From: a bacterium
GTDB lineage: Bacteria; Zhuqueibacterota; QNDG01; JAGLOF01
Length of the DNA stretch: 64,000 nucleotides
Direction of reading: 5' to 3'
NCBI GenBank assembly: GCA_023139105.1
Contig: JAGLOF010000091.1
Span: 10,391 to 74,390 of the forward strand
Made by a program: the position numbers and the translations under genes. Shown piece after piece: positions 48,772 to 57,829 of this stretch (position 1 is the stretch's first letter; every line of letters starts with the position of its first letter). The notes beneath the pieces were generated by a model, which worked only from the letters and a program-made list of their open reading frames with translations, was not told where the DNA came from and did not search any database.

Positions 48772-49755
48772 TCAAATGCGTGGACGGAATCCTTCGCCCA
48801 GTACTTCGTGTACATTATTGACAATGACAAAAGCCTTTGGATCTATGGCTTTGACATCGTCAATAAATTTGCCGATCTCTTTTCGGCTGAGCACGGTATA
48901 GAGCACTTCCCGCTTCTGGTTTTTATAGAGGCCGCGTGCCTCAAATGCAGTTGCACCGCGGCTCATGTCTTTCATTATTACTTTAGCTATTTCATCTGTT
49001 TTAGATGAAATGATATAGGCTGATCTTGCATAATCAAATCCATCCAATATGACATCAATAATGCGGCTGGATACAAATAGCAGAAGAAATGCATAGAGCG
49101 TCAAGGCCAGGACTGAACGATCTAAAGCCAGGCCCTTAATCTGAATGATTGCAGCTGCAATAAGAATAACTACAAAGTCAACTGTCATAAATACCTGGCC
49201 GGGTTTTACTCCCCAGCGTTTTTGTCCGATAGCTGCCAGTACATCGGAGCCGGCTGTCGACCCTTTTGCCTTGAATATAATGCCAAGGCCTACACCCATA
49301 AGTACGCTTCCTACCAGTATTGCCATGATAAAATCATTTTGTTGCAGTGCAATAATATGGGGATGGTCGTGAAGATGTATATGTCCAAGTCCGGGGATAG
49401 AGCCTCGGAGCAAATCTATGAAAAATGCATTAGTGCTGAAACCAACCAAGGTGCGCGCGCCAAATTGTCGGCCCAACACGCGTACGCCCCAGATATATAG
49501 AGGGATATTAAATACCCACATCATGAGGCCTACAGGGAGTTTTTCATCACTCAGGTAGTGAAGTGCCATTGACAAACCGCTCACTCCGCCCGGTACTACT
49601 TTTGCATCTACTAAAAATACGGCAATGCCCATTGCCATAATAAATGCACCTATGACGATTATTATGTAATCTTTTGCTGTTTTTCTGAAGGCTGCCGTAT
49701 TTAATTTAGATAGCGTGGCATTCATTTTACTACTCTCCGAAGGATGTTGATTCAT
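48772..49755 (-). CDS. YitT-family membrane protein (DUF2179 C-terminal domain)
   Basis: About 5 TM helices plus a C-terminal ...YTVLSRKEIGKFIDDVKAIDPKAFVIVNNVHEVLGEGF block. Confidence 0.8.
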   Translation of the reverse strand: MNQHPSESSKMNATLSKLNTAAFRKTAKDYIIIVIGAFIMAMGIAVFLVDAKVVPGGVSGLSMALHYLSDEKLPVGLMMWVFNIPLYIWGVRVLGRQFGARTLVGFSTNAFFIDLLRGSIPGLGHIHLHDHPHIIALQQNDFIMAILVGSVLMGVGLGIIFKAKGSTAGSDVLAAIGQKRWGVKPGQVFMTVDFVVILIAAAIIQIKGLALDRSVLALTLYAFLLLFVSSRIIDVILDGFDYARSAYIISSKTDEIAKVIMKDMSRGATAFEARGLYKNQKREVLYTVLSRKEIGKFIDDVKAIDPKAFVIVNNVHEVLGEGFRPRI

Positions 49756-49770
49756 CTTGTTTCTCTTCTT

Positions 49771-50508
49771 TTATCTGCCCAGTTCACCAAGTCTGTCCAT
49801 GGTCTGAGTCAATAATACTAAACCCGCTGTCTCTGCTCTAAGTCGCCGGCGGCCCAAGGTAATAGAATTCAACCCTGAATCCAAGGCTAATCTAACTTCT
49901 TCTTCAGAAAAGCCACCCTCGGGTCCCACCCACAATCCAATACGTGTCTTGCCTGGTGTATTGAGGTCTTTTTTTTGTACACCCAGGCTGTTTTCACTGT
50001 CATCAGCCAGTAGAGCGGTGCTCAGGTTTGTGACTTGAGCCATAGTTGCTTCAAATTCTACAGGCTGCGTAATTATCGGGCAACGACAACGTCCACACTG
50101 TTTCATGGCTGCAAGGGCCAAGCGGTGCCATCTTTGCAGTTTTGAAGCATTTGTCGGATATTTGCTCCGTTGTGATTGTATTGGGACAATGCTGTATACG
50201 CCCAGTTCTGTGGCCTTTTCTACCAACCAGTCAAAACGGTCTCCTTTAAGTATGGATTGAAACAGCGTAACCTGTGCCTCTGCTTCACCGGTATTTTGCC
50301 GTTTCTCAAGTATTTGTCCAATGGCCATGCTCTTGCTAATTGACGTAAGTTCAACAAGATAGGCACTGCCTATGCCATCAACCACCCAGATATTATCGTT
50401 CAGTTTTTTTCTCATGATTCGTGATAAATGGCGAAGTTCATTATCACGAATCATAATTTCATTGTCTTTTATATCTTCCGGTGGTGCGTAAAAACTTTCC
50501 CAATGCAT
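49771..50508 (-). CDS. rsmE: 16S rRNA (uracil1498-N3)-methyltransferase
   Basis: FYAPPEDI... N-terminus, ELRHLSRIMR, and a C-terminal GPEGGFS.EE...LG.R.LR.ETA SPOUT knot motif. ATG 50508 is preferred. Confidence 0.85.
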   Translation of the reverse strand: MHWESFYAPPEDIKDNEIMIRDNELRHLSRIMRKKLNDNIWVVDGIGSAYLVELTSISKSMAIGQILEKRQNTGEAEAQVTLFQSILKGDRFDWLVEKATELGVYSIVPIQSQRSKYPTNASKLQRWHRLALAAMKQCGRCRCPIITQPVEFEATMAQVTNLSTALLADDSENSLGVQKKDLNTPGKTRIGLWVGPEGGFSEEEVRLALDSGLNSITLGRRRLRAETAGLVLLTQTMDRLGELGR

Positions 50509-50730
50509 AGAGATCCTGCAGTTAAAATTCCAAATTCCAAATTCCAAATCACAAATAATAATTTACAAATAAAAAAAGTAAATATCAAAAAAGAAAAAAT
50601 AATAAGAATTTATAGCAAATCAAGTGGTTGGATAATTTATCCAGGGATAAATATTCTACATAAAATTATGGATCTATGTTGTTTTGAGTGTGTAATAACA
50701 GTCCTTTTATTTCACAGTGCAACAAATTTT

Positions 50731-50828
50731 TCCACGGATGTACACGGATTTTGCACAGAATAAAAACGTCGTTCTCACAAAATTTGGCGTTTCGGCTCTT
50801 CTCTGTACACTCCGTGTAGATCCGTGGA
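50731..50828. repeat. REP/MITE-like inverted-repeat element (CACGGA-type arms)
   Basis: TCCACGGATGTACACGGA (50731-50748) pairs with TCCGTGTAGATCCGTGGA (50811-50828), an 18-bp inverted repeat with one mismatch. It uses the same motif family as 16846-17020. Confidence 0.6.
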
Positions 50829-50871
50829 GATATTGTTGGATTTGCTCTTTTTACTAAATTTCCTTTTAAGA

Positions 50872-52170
50872 TTAGATATCAATAAATAAATCTGTAATAA
50901 ATTGTGATTGTCCCTCTTCATTCCATGCCATTTCAAATCTGAGGATATTTATATATGGCAGATGTATGAGCAGACCGGCTCCAAATCCTGCAATGCGATC
51001 TGACCAGAGTATCTCTTGATCCTGCATTCCTATCCATCCGGCATCTACAAATATGTTCCATGAAATACCAAATGGTAGATTTGATAATTGTGGCATATTG
51101 CCTAATGAAAAATGTCTGATTGGCAATAATGGGAATCTAAGAGATGTAGAGATTAGAAGGCGGTTCTCACCTTGTATTATACGATTAAAGTGTCCGCGAA
51201 TTCGTTCTGAATAACCCAGATAGATGCGGTCATAAATTGGTATGTCGCCTTTTGATATTATTGTGGCTGCACGAAAGGCGAGTGTTATATTGGATGTGAC
51301 AGGGAAATAACCACGGCCTTCACAGCGAAATCTATTGAAATTTACTTCTCCGCCAAAACCGTATTTCGATATACTTGTTGATAAGTACCAGCCTGTGTGA
51401 GGGCAGGCAGTATAGTCTCGTCTGTCCCAGACAAATGAGAGTCCTGCATATAAGGTGTTATCACGTCCATTGGCCGATAAGGTCTGTCCGGGCATGATCG
51501 GTTTCATTGTAACCGACTTAAAGCCAAGATTAATGTTCAGCCGCGTATGATATCCGAAGCGTTTTCCTATTACTCCCAGCATTCCTTGATGGAGTTCGGT
51601 CACCTTATCGCCAAAATGCTTGGATTCAATATGATTAGAGTAACCGGTGAATTGTGTAAATATATGGGCCTTGCCGCCAATCCAGGGATTTGAGTAGGAG
51701 AGGCGTACTGAAGGATTATATCCAAGCCAGAAGACTCCATTAAGGTTTTCTCCCCGGCCGCGAAAATTTGAATGTGTTAATCCCAGCCCGTATGAGAGCT
51801 TGGACCAGTCACGATCATTCACAAAAAAAAGTGGTACCGGGAAGATATACCAACGCTCGGTGACTACAATCCTGATTATTGCCTCTGTGGCTTTGGGCTC
51901 TGCAAACAGAAGTACGCGGTTAAACAGATAGAGGTTAACGATCCGTTTTTGATCTTCTTCCAGGCGTTGCCAATCTATAATATCGCCTTCTTTTATCTTC
52001 ATCTCCCGCAGGATTATTTCTTCTTTTGTCTTTTCATTGCCATGAATAAAAATTTGAATAACGCGCCGGCCGGTAAGTGTTGAATCCGGCACGACCTGTG
52101 CTTTTATAGTAATTGCACTGCTGATTGTTATTATTAAGTATAAAAGTAATATTTTTTGTCTTATCGGCAT
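50872..52170 (-). CDS. Omp85/BamA-family outer-membrane protein (single POTRA)
   Basis: A signal peptide, a POTRA-like block (IQIFIHGNEKTKEEIILREM.IKEGD), a surface-antigen barrel region, and a C-terminal ...ITDLFIDI. Confidence 0.75.
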   Translation of the reverse strand: MPIRQKILLLYLIITISSAITIKAQVVPDSTLTGRRVIQIFIHGNEKTKEEIILREMKIKEGDIIDWQRLEEDQKRIVNLYLFNRVLLFAEPKATEAIIRIVVTERWYIFPVPLFFVNDRDWSKLSYGLGLTHSNFRGRGENLNGVFWLGYNPSVRLSYSNPWIGGKAHIFTQFTGYSNHIESKHFGDKVTELHQGMLGVIGKRFGYHTRLNINLGFKSVTMKPIMPGQTLSANGRDNTLYAGLSFVWDRRDYTACPHTGWYLSTSISKYGFGGEVNFNRFRCEGRGYFPVTSNITLAFRAATIISKGDIPIYDRIYLGYSERIRGHFNRIIQGENRLLISTSLRFPLLPIRHFSLGNMPQLSNLPFGISWNIFVDAGWIGMQDQEILWSDRIAGFGAGLLIHLPYINILRFEMAWNEEGQSQFITDLFIDI

Positions 52171-52179
52171 ATTTATCCT

Positions 52180-53406
52180 TTAAAATTTTATGCTGGTCCC
52201 TGCACTGAGAAAACCCCAGCCCCGTCCATGATATCCATATTCGGTACGTAATACATATTGGCCCCATATGGCATGGATCCCCATGCCACCGGCAGTTTCC
52301 CATCTTCTATTAGCAATGTTAGTGCCTTTGTTCCAGGCTGATCCGGTATCAATAAAGAGTACTAATGCATATCCGGCATGAAATCCTTCCAGAGGATGCC
52401 TTGAGTATAATATCGGTATTCGGTATTCGAGTGTAGCATTAATTGCATTGTCACCGGCCAGATCTCCGGTTTTTAGTCCGCGGATAGTGCTGCCACCACC
52501 AAGATGCCACTTGTATAGAGTAGGCGCATGATTGTTAAACCAGCGGATATGGGTTTCTATGGCTAGTATGTTATTATTCAAAACCGTATGATAATAACTT
52601 CCATGCAGCCTGGTTTGAATAAGCGACTGTTCCTGGGCTGCTTGGTATCTCCGGGCACTGATCTCAAGCATAATGCCGGATTGAGGATATGCGGGCCAGT
52701 CACGTGTGTCAATACAGCTGGATGCTTCATAATAGTATGCGTATTCTTCAGTTGATCCGGATAGTGTTTGCTCTCCAATTTCTGCTTGATGATGTATTAA
52801 GCCTGCTGCCAGCCCCGTTGTCCAGTGTCTGTGGATTGGTCTGGATGCAGCTACGTGTATATTGGTTTTCCTGTAATTGAATTTTTCTTTTGCATCGGGA
52901 TATAGATATGGAGTGCGATAGTGATTGATCATTGCCTGCCAATTCATTTGGAATGGGGCAGAGCTGTGGGGCATTGACCATGAAATTCCCGCTCCCGGTT
53001 CTCCGCCAATTTGGCTGAAAGCCTTTATACGCTGACGTTTTCCCCAGGCATTATGTATTACTATTTCCATGCCGGCACTGATTCCAAAGCGGCTGTCGCG
53101 CCTTAGTAAGGGCATGATGGACATTATACTTTTTTCCTGTAGAATCACCAATACGCGGATGAGGCTGTCCAGAGTTCCGGGAATCATTTCCAGTTCAACA
53201 CGGTTGAACATGCCCTCTCTTAACAGCCATGCACGATCTTCATGTAGAGTTTTACTGGAGAAAGATGCTCCGGGTCTGGTTCTTATTTCTCTTTGAATCA
53301 TTGAGGTTGAGGAACGCGAATTTCCGTAAAATGAGACTGATTGGATCTCTTGCGAATGTACATTAATAAATCCAAGGAAGATGTATATTATATACACTGT
53401 TCTCAT
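52180..53406 (-). CDS. Omp85/BamA-family outer-membrane protein (single POTRA), paralogue
   Basis: A signal peptide, a POTRA-like block (IQSVSFYGNSRSSTSMIQREI), barrel motifs (HLGGGSTIRG), and the terminal ...SAGTSIKF. Confidence 0.7.
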   Translation of the reverse strand: MRTVYIIYIFLGFINVHSQEIQSVSFYGNSRSSTSMIQREIRTRPGASFSSKTLHEDRAWLLREGMFNRVELEMIPGTLDSLIRVLVILQEKSIMSIMPLLRRDSRFGISAGMEIVIHNAWGKRQRIKAFSQIGGEPGAGISWSMPHSSAPFQMNWQAMINHYRTPYLYPDAKEKFNYRKTNIHVAASRPIHRHWTTGLAAGLIHHQAEIGEQTLSGSTEEYAYYYEASSCIDTRDWPAYPQSGIMLEISARRYQAAQEQSLIQTRLHGSYYHTVLNNNILAIETHIRWFNNHAPTLYKWHLGGGSTIRGLKTGDLAGDNAINATLEYRIPILYSRHPLEGFHAGYALVLFIDTGSAWNKGTNIANRRWETAGGMGIHAIWGQYVLRTEYGYHGRGWGFLSAGTSIKF

Positions 53407-54986
53407 GGCGTAGAAGGTTCACTTAAATATAGATAAATTATTCCGGATTCATCAGGCTGCCAAAATAGAAGATCTTTGATGTTATCACCGTTTATATCAT
53501 GAAATACAGGTTGGCATTTGGCTGGAACGGCCATCTCTACAAGATTTTTTTTATCAAATAATTTATCGCTGCAACCGGGGAATAATGCCCATTTATTATC
53601 ATCAGTTACAGCCAGGAGATCAGGATATGTATCTTTATTCAAATCTGTGATATAATATCCTGTCTGAGATTTTGTGATCATCTCAGTTAATGATGTGGAT
53701 CTGGAGAAAGAGAACTGTCTGTCTGGCTTGGCATTGAAGCTATTGTCCTGTTTCATGTAATGCACAGAGCAGCCAATTTTTACACGCCCGGTGAGCAGGT
53801 ACCTGAGAGCCTGGGTCAGACCGGTAGAAAAATTATCCAGTGCCAGATCTTTCAGCCCGTCTCCGTTAAAGTCTTTAGCAATTGCATTCCCTGAGAAATG
53901 ATCTGATGTAATTATTTGATCCGGTTTCTCTGGCAGGTAGCCACCCCTGTTCATATAGACCCTTATCTGGCTTAAGTCTGTAGCAAAACGAGCGAGTGGT
54001 TTTTTAATTGCCAGCAGGTCTGTCAGGCCGTCACCATCAAGATCGGTCAGTTGAATATTTGTTTGCGGAGGGTCCATTGATTCAAGTACTGAGGAGGTGA
54101 GAGAATGTGTTGAAAAATGATATCTCCATGTGGAGGGCCGCCCATCCGGTGCAGCATTGTATGCGCGTAAATAACAGTCCATGTCTGAATTGATGATTGC
54201 AAAACCATCAATAATGGAATCAGGATTAAAGTATCCGGTATGGAAATCCGGGGCCAGAATATGGGCTTCCCCATCATTTGATTTCATGGTTAGACGTGGA
54301 GGAGTCTTGAGGAGCGATTGTCTGAAAATGCCTGAATCTTGCAGCTTGAGAATCTCCAGTCCTGCGGTAGTTGGTACAACATATTTTTGTGAGCCTATAG
54401 AAAGATGTCTCATTGGCAGGGAGGAAGGATCAGGAATAGTAAGCCATGGGCTAAGGTGTATGCCCCGGAGTGGTGGAGCATTGAAGTTCAGAGTATCAGT
54501 GTTGTGGCAGGTAAGGCCAATAGTGCGAAGCAGCAGTAACTGACCATTCTCCCGGTCAATATCGAAACAGATGGCAGTTTCAGGTACAGGAATGGCTCTG
54601 CCTACATGGAATTCACCCGGAGCTGTCTGCATTATTGAGATCAGGATGCGTTGTATTCTATTTCCCGGCTGTATGCAGTATGTTGATGAAACAATGAAGT
54701 CGCAGATATTATCACCATTTAGATCTGCCGGAATGATAGCCTGTATCCTGCCGGGTACAGATAGAGTATGAGATGGTTTTACAGAATCATCTGCCATTGC
54801 CAGTGTAGAGATGAAAAGAGAGAAAGCCACAATTATGTTCTGGCTCCTCTTTGCGATCCTTGCGAATCCCTTGCGATCTTTGCGGTAATCTTCTAAAAGA
54901 GCCGAATCGCAAAGTACGCAAAGATTACGCAAAGAGGAGCCAGAATATAATAAGAGCTCTGTTTTTGTGTGAGATCTCTGTGACAA
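53403..54986 (-). CDS. FG-GAP/VCBS-repeat protein (start probably near 54830-54836)
   Basis: Repeated D.NGD/DLDGDG...D motifs (DLNGDNICDF, DLDGDGLTDL, DFNGDGLKDL, DINGDNIKDL). The first ~50 codons of the maximal ORF translate an intergenic inverted-repeat element. The signal-like IIVAFSLFISTLAMA begins at ATA/ATT/GTG 54836-54830, after AAGAGGAG. Confidence 0.65.
   Translation of the reverse strand: MSQRSHTKTELLLYSGSSLRNLCVLCDSALLEDYRKDRKGFARIAKRSQNIIVAFSLFISTLAMADDSVKPSHTLSVPGRIQAIIPADLNGDNICDFIVSSTYCIQPGNRIQRILISIMQTAPGEFHVGRAIPVPETAICFDIDRENGQLLLLRTIGLTCHNTDTLNFNAPPLRGIHLSPWLTIPDPSSLPMRHLSIGSQKYVVPTTAGLEILKLQDSGIFRQSLLKTPPRLTMKSNDGEAHILAPDFHTGYFNPDSIIDGFAIINSDMDCYLRAYNAAPDGRPSTWRYHFSTHSLTSSVLESMDPPQTNIQLTDLDGDGLTDLLAIKKPLARFATDLSQIRVYMNRGGYLPEKPDQIITSDHFSGNAIAKDFNGDGLKDLALDNFSTGLTQALRYLLTGRVKIGCSVHYMKQDNSFNAKPDRQFSFSRSTSLTEMITKSQTGYYITDLNKDTYPDLLAVTDDNKWALFPGCSDKLFDKKNLVEMAVPAKCQPVFHDINGDNIKDLLFWQPDESGIIYLYLSEPSTP
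54841..54942. repeat. REP/MITE-like inverted-repeat element (TTGCG-type arms)
   Basis: TGGCTCCTCTTTGCG (54841-54855) pairs with CGCAAAGAGGAGCCA (54928-54942). The arms are built from tandem TTGCG(A)NNN / CGCAAAG motifs. Confidence 0.6.
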
Positions 54987-55024
54987 TTTTCTTATGCCCT
55001 TCTTTTAGTTCTTGTTTGTTCTGT

Positions 55025-56905
55025 TTAATATGCCAGAAGATCATCCATCTCTATTACAAGCATCTCTTCCAGATCCGGGTGTAGCCCTCGGTGAGTAAAA
55101 TGTGTATATCCTTTATGGTCAATTACAAAAATCATAGGTACACCTTCTACTCCAAAACGGCTGCTGGCTTCTTTGTCCAATAAAATGCTTAATCTTGGAT
55201 GGCGTTTCTTTATGAACTTTTTTATATCGCCGATACGAGGATCAGTTGCCACTGTCAGGAATAAAATGTCATCATCCCAATCTTTTGCCAGACGGTGCAG
55301 TATGTCCAATGCTTTTACAGAGGTCTTGCTCCAGGTAGACCAGAAGCAGAGTACAATTACACTGCCGCACTGATCACTAAGCCGCACATAGTCACCTTCA
55401 AAATCAAGAAAATCATAATCAGGTGTAGTGCGGATAATACGCCGTGCCAGAACTTTATTAATGAAACGATTCTCTATCCTGCTAAACTCTGTATTTAAAA
55501 GTTGATTTAAAGCGGTACTATCTCTTCCTGTTGAATGCCAGCGTCCTAATAATTCATTATAGGCTTCATTACCATATCCACCGTTAAAAGCGGCACTACG
55601 TGCAAGTTCACGTAAGGCCTTGTCTGTTTTAAACTGTTTTAAGAGTATCTTTGCATAGTGATAATGATAGGCAGCATGTGAACCTAGATTGACAGCTTTT
55701 TGTAATTCATCACTGGCACGGTTGTATAGTTTTTGCTGATAGAGAATCCAGCCCAGCACATCGTGGAGACGAGCCTGTATTTGTGATTGTTCTTGAATAG
55801 AATCTATGTTTCTCAGTTCCAGAGCCGAGTCCAGTAATTTATTTTTTTGCCTTAATGTCAATGCATATTGCGCGTATTCCCTGGCTTTATTCAGGTGTTG
55901 TGCATCTTCAGATAGTGCAGCTGCCAATGTGGAAAGTGTAGTGACTGTACTACTTGTACTTTCAAGCAATAATCTTTCACCCAATGGTATATAGCGTTGT
56001 CGCTGGTCCAGCTGAATTGCACAGTTTATCAGTTGAGCAAGAGCTATCTCCAGAATTTGTTGTGGTATATTATCAGCTGCCAGATCATCTAATTCGTCCA
56101 TGCGATGCTCTGTTGAATCGATGGACATTATCTGCTGTAGTCTCAGCCTGGCACCGGGGATGCTCTGTGGATAATCTTCCAGCAGAGTGCGGGCCATTGC
56201 CGCAGATTGATCTTGATCTTCAATAAATCCATATGCACGCATTGCAAAGGCCATTGCAGCAGGATCACCCGGATAGAGGGACAGTGTGGCCTTAATATCC
56301 TTGCCGATACGTTTTTTTGCCCGTTTGAATCCGTCTTTTCTCTTCCACAGGACATATAATGATTGCCGGGCATCATAATTTTGAGGGTATAATCTGAGTT
56401 CCTGAAAAAGAGCTTCTTGCGCTAATTTCAGACTGTATGTATGGTCGATAACGTGATCTGAGTAGAAACGTGCCATTGTATGATAGGCATTTTTAAGAAT
56501 ATAATCGTCAGTGTCAGTTAGCAACACATCATAATGTATAAAATTGTCAAATTTCAATGTTTTACTGAGATTACGAAGCGTATCCACGTATTCTACGGAA
56601 AAATAGAATGCATGCACACCTTTTCTTGGGATGGGTAATTTAATATGAAAATTTGATCCTGATTTGTTCATATAGAGCGTATCAGCTGACATATTGCTGT
56701 GCCAGTGTATTAGTAATCTAATCATACCACGTTCTATTTCATCCGCCTTCAATCCGCTTTTATGGCCGATTATCTGAAAAGTAGTAGCATGGTCAATTTG
56801 AGTTAGTAATACATGGGAGTTGTCTGCCGCTTTAATACTATTGTTAAGAAGCAGGATGATGATGTAAAAAAGGTAAAGTGGGAGTGTTTTTTTCATGAGT
56901 ATCAT
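55025..56905 (-). CDS. secreted TPR-repeat protein with C-terminal thioredoxin-like domain lacking redox cysteines (W-S-K-T-S)
   Basis: Signal peptide MKKTLPLYLFYIIILLLNNSIKA and TPR-like repeats. The C-terminal domain reads ...GSVIVLCFWSTWSKTSVKALDIL...VEGVPMIFVIDHKGY, the TlpA layout with SxxS instead of CxxC. The maximal ORF start (56995) translates a low-complexity array and is rejected. Confidence 0.75.
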   Translation of the reverse strand: MILMKKTLPLYLFYIIILLLNNSIKAADNSHVLLTQIDHATTFQIIGHKSGLKADEIERGMIRLLIHWHSNMSADTLYMNKSGSNFHIKLPIPRKGVHAFYFSVEYVDTLRNLSKTLKFDNFIHYDVLLTDTDDYILKNAYHTMARFYSDHVIDHTYSLKLAQEALFQELRLYPQNYDARQSLYVLWKRKDGFKRAKKRIGKDIKATLSLYPGDPAAMAFAMRAYGFIEDQDQSAAMARTLLEDYPQSIPGARLRLQQIMSIDSTEHRMDELDDLAADNIPQQILEIALAQLINCAIQLDQRQRYIPLGERLLLESTSSTVTTLSTLAAALSEDAQHLNKAREYAQYALTLRQKNKLLDSALELRNIDSIQEQSQIQARLHDVLGWILYQQKLYNRASDELQKAVNLGSHAAYHYHYAKILLKQFKTDKALRELARSAAFNGGYGNEAYNELLGRWHSTGRDSTALNQLLNTEFSRIENRFINKVLARRIIRTTPDYDFLDFEGDYVRLSDQCGSVIVLCFWSTWSKTSVKALDILHRLAKDWDDDILFLTVATDPRIGDIKKFIKKRHPRLSILLDKEASSRFGVEGVPMIFVIDHKGYTHFTHRGLHPDLEEMLVIEMDDLLAY

Positions 56906-57064
56906 TACCTTGTTGTTATGAGCCAATTTTAATATTTTGGTATTTTGGTATTTTTGTTGTTTGTTGTTTGTATTTTGGCACTTGTATTTTGGCACTTGGT
57001 ATTTGGTACTTTGGTATTTGTAATTTTGGTACTTGGTACTTGGATCTCTATAGTTGTGCTCTTG

Positions 57065-57739
57065 TCAGCGTGCACTCTTTTGAACTTCCAGACCACCTTC
57101 CTGCCAGATAAAACGCAGACTCTTTGCAGTAATGACCTGGTCTCCGAACCCTGTGACGTTCAAGACAAGATCCATTAGCCAGGCACCGGCTTTTTTCTTT
57201 GTCGGTGGTGCCTGGGCAACTGTCTTTGCATTTATCTCTTTAACTTCACCGGAGAGCCATTTTGTAATTTCATTGACGTTTTCAACAGACATCGGTTTGA
57301 GAATGATTTTCAATACAATGTAGTATCGTACGCCTTCTGCTAAAACTTTAAGTGGTGCAATACGCATTGTCTCAAAGATAGTACATCTCCTTATTAAATC
57401 TTCCTGAGAGATTAGATGCGGTTGCGAATTTCGGGTCTCAATGGTAAAACGTTTTGACCAAGGATCAAATGACAGCTTCATCCTGTGAAATTTTTCACTG
57501 ATTAATTTATCTGACCAGGAACGATCCTGCCAGAGTTGTAACTTATACTCCAGAGCCGCAGTCATTCCTTTTTCCAGGCCTTCAAGGGTTTCAGTGTTTA
57601 TTAGTTGTGATACTTCAATATGAGCCAGAATTTGACCATTCTCTGCCCATATATCGTAGAATTCTATTTTATGATCCTGGCCTGCAAGATAGCATGGCAG
57701 AAAGAAAAATAGAGTAATTTTAAGGAATCGCTTCACCAT
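57065..57739 (-). CDS. DUF4390-like secreted protein
   Basis: A signal peptide, then a LEKGMTAALEYKLQLWQDRSWSDKLI...LSFDPWSKRF pattern resembling DUF4390. Confidence 0.5.
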   Translation of the reverse strand: MVKRFLKITLFFFLPCYLAGQDHKIEFYDIWAENGQILAHIEVSQLINTETLEGLEKGMTAALEYKLQLWQDRSWSDKLISEKFHRMKLSFDPWSKRFTIETRNSQPHLISQEDLIRRCTIFETMRIAPLKVLAEGVRYYIVLKIILKPMSVENVNEITKWLSGEVKEINAKTVAQAPPTKKKAGAWLMDLVLNVTGFGDQVITAKSLRFIWQEGGLEVQKSAR

Positions 57740-57829
57740 CGATAGTCAATCCTGTATCATAATTGGGATTGTTGAATAAAGGATATTATTATGTACGTAC
57801 AAACCATCGATGTGTTACTAGAGTCGTAA

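Noticed and set aside
50872-53406. The two Omp85-family genes as TpsB-type transporters for the RHS toxin
   Set aside because: They lie 15 kb away on the opposite strand, in an unrelated operon. They have one POTRA-like domain rather than two, and the RHS protein lacks a TPS domain. No support for a link.
56906-56995. The long N-terminal extension MPKYKCQNTNNKQQKYQNTKILKL... of ORF 55025..56995
   Set aside because: It is a translation of the CA-rich low-complexity array. A canonical signal peptide begins at the internal Met (56905/56896).
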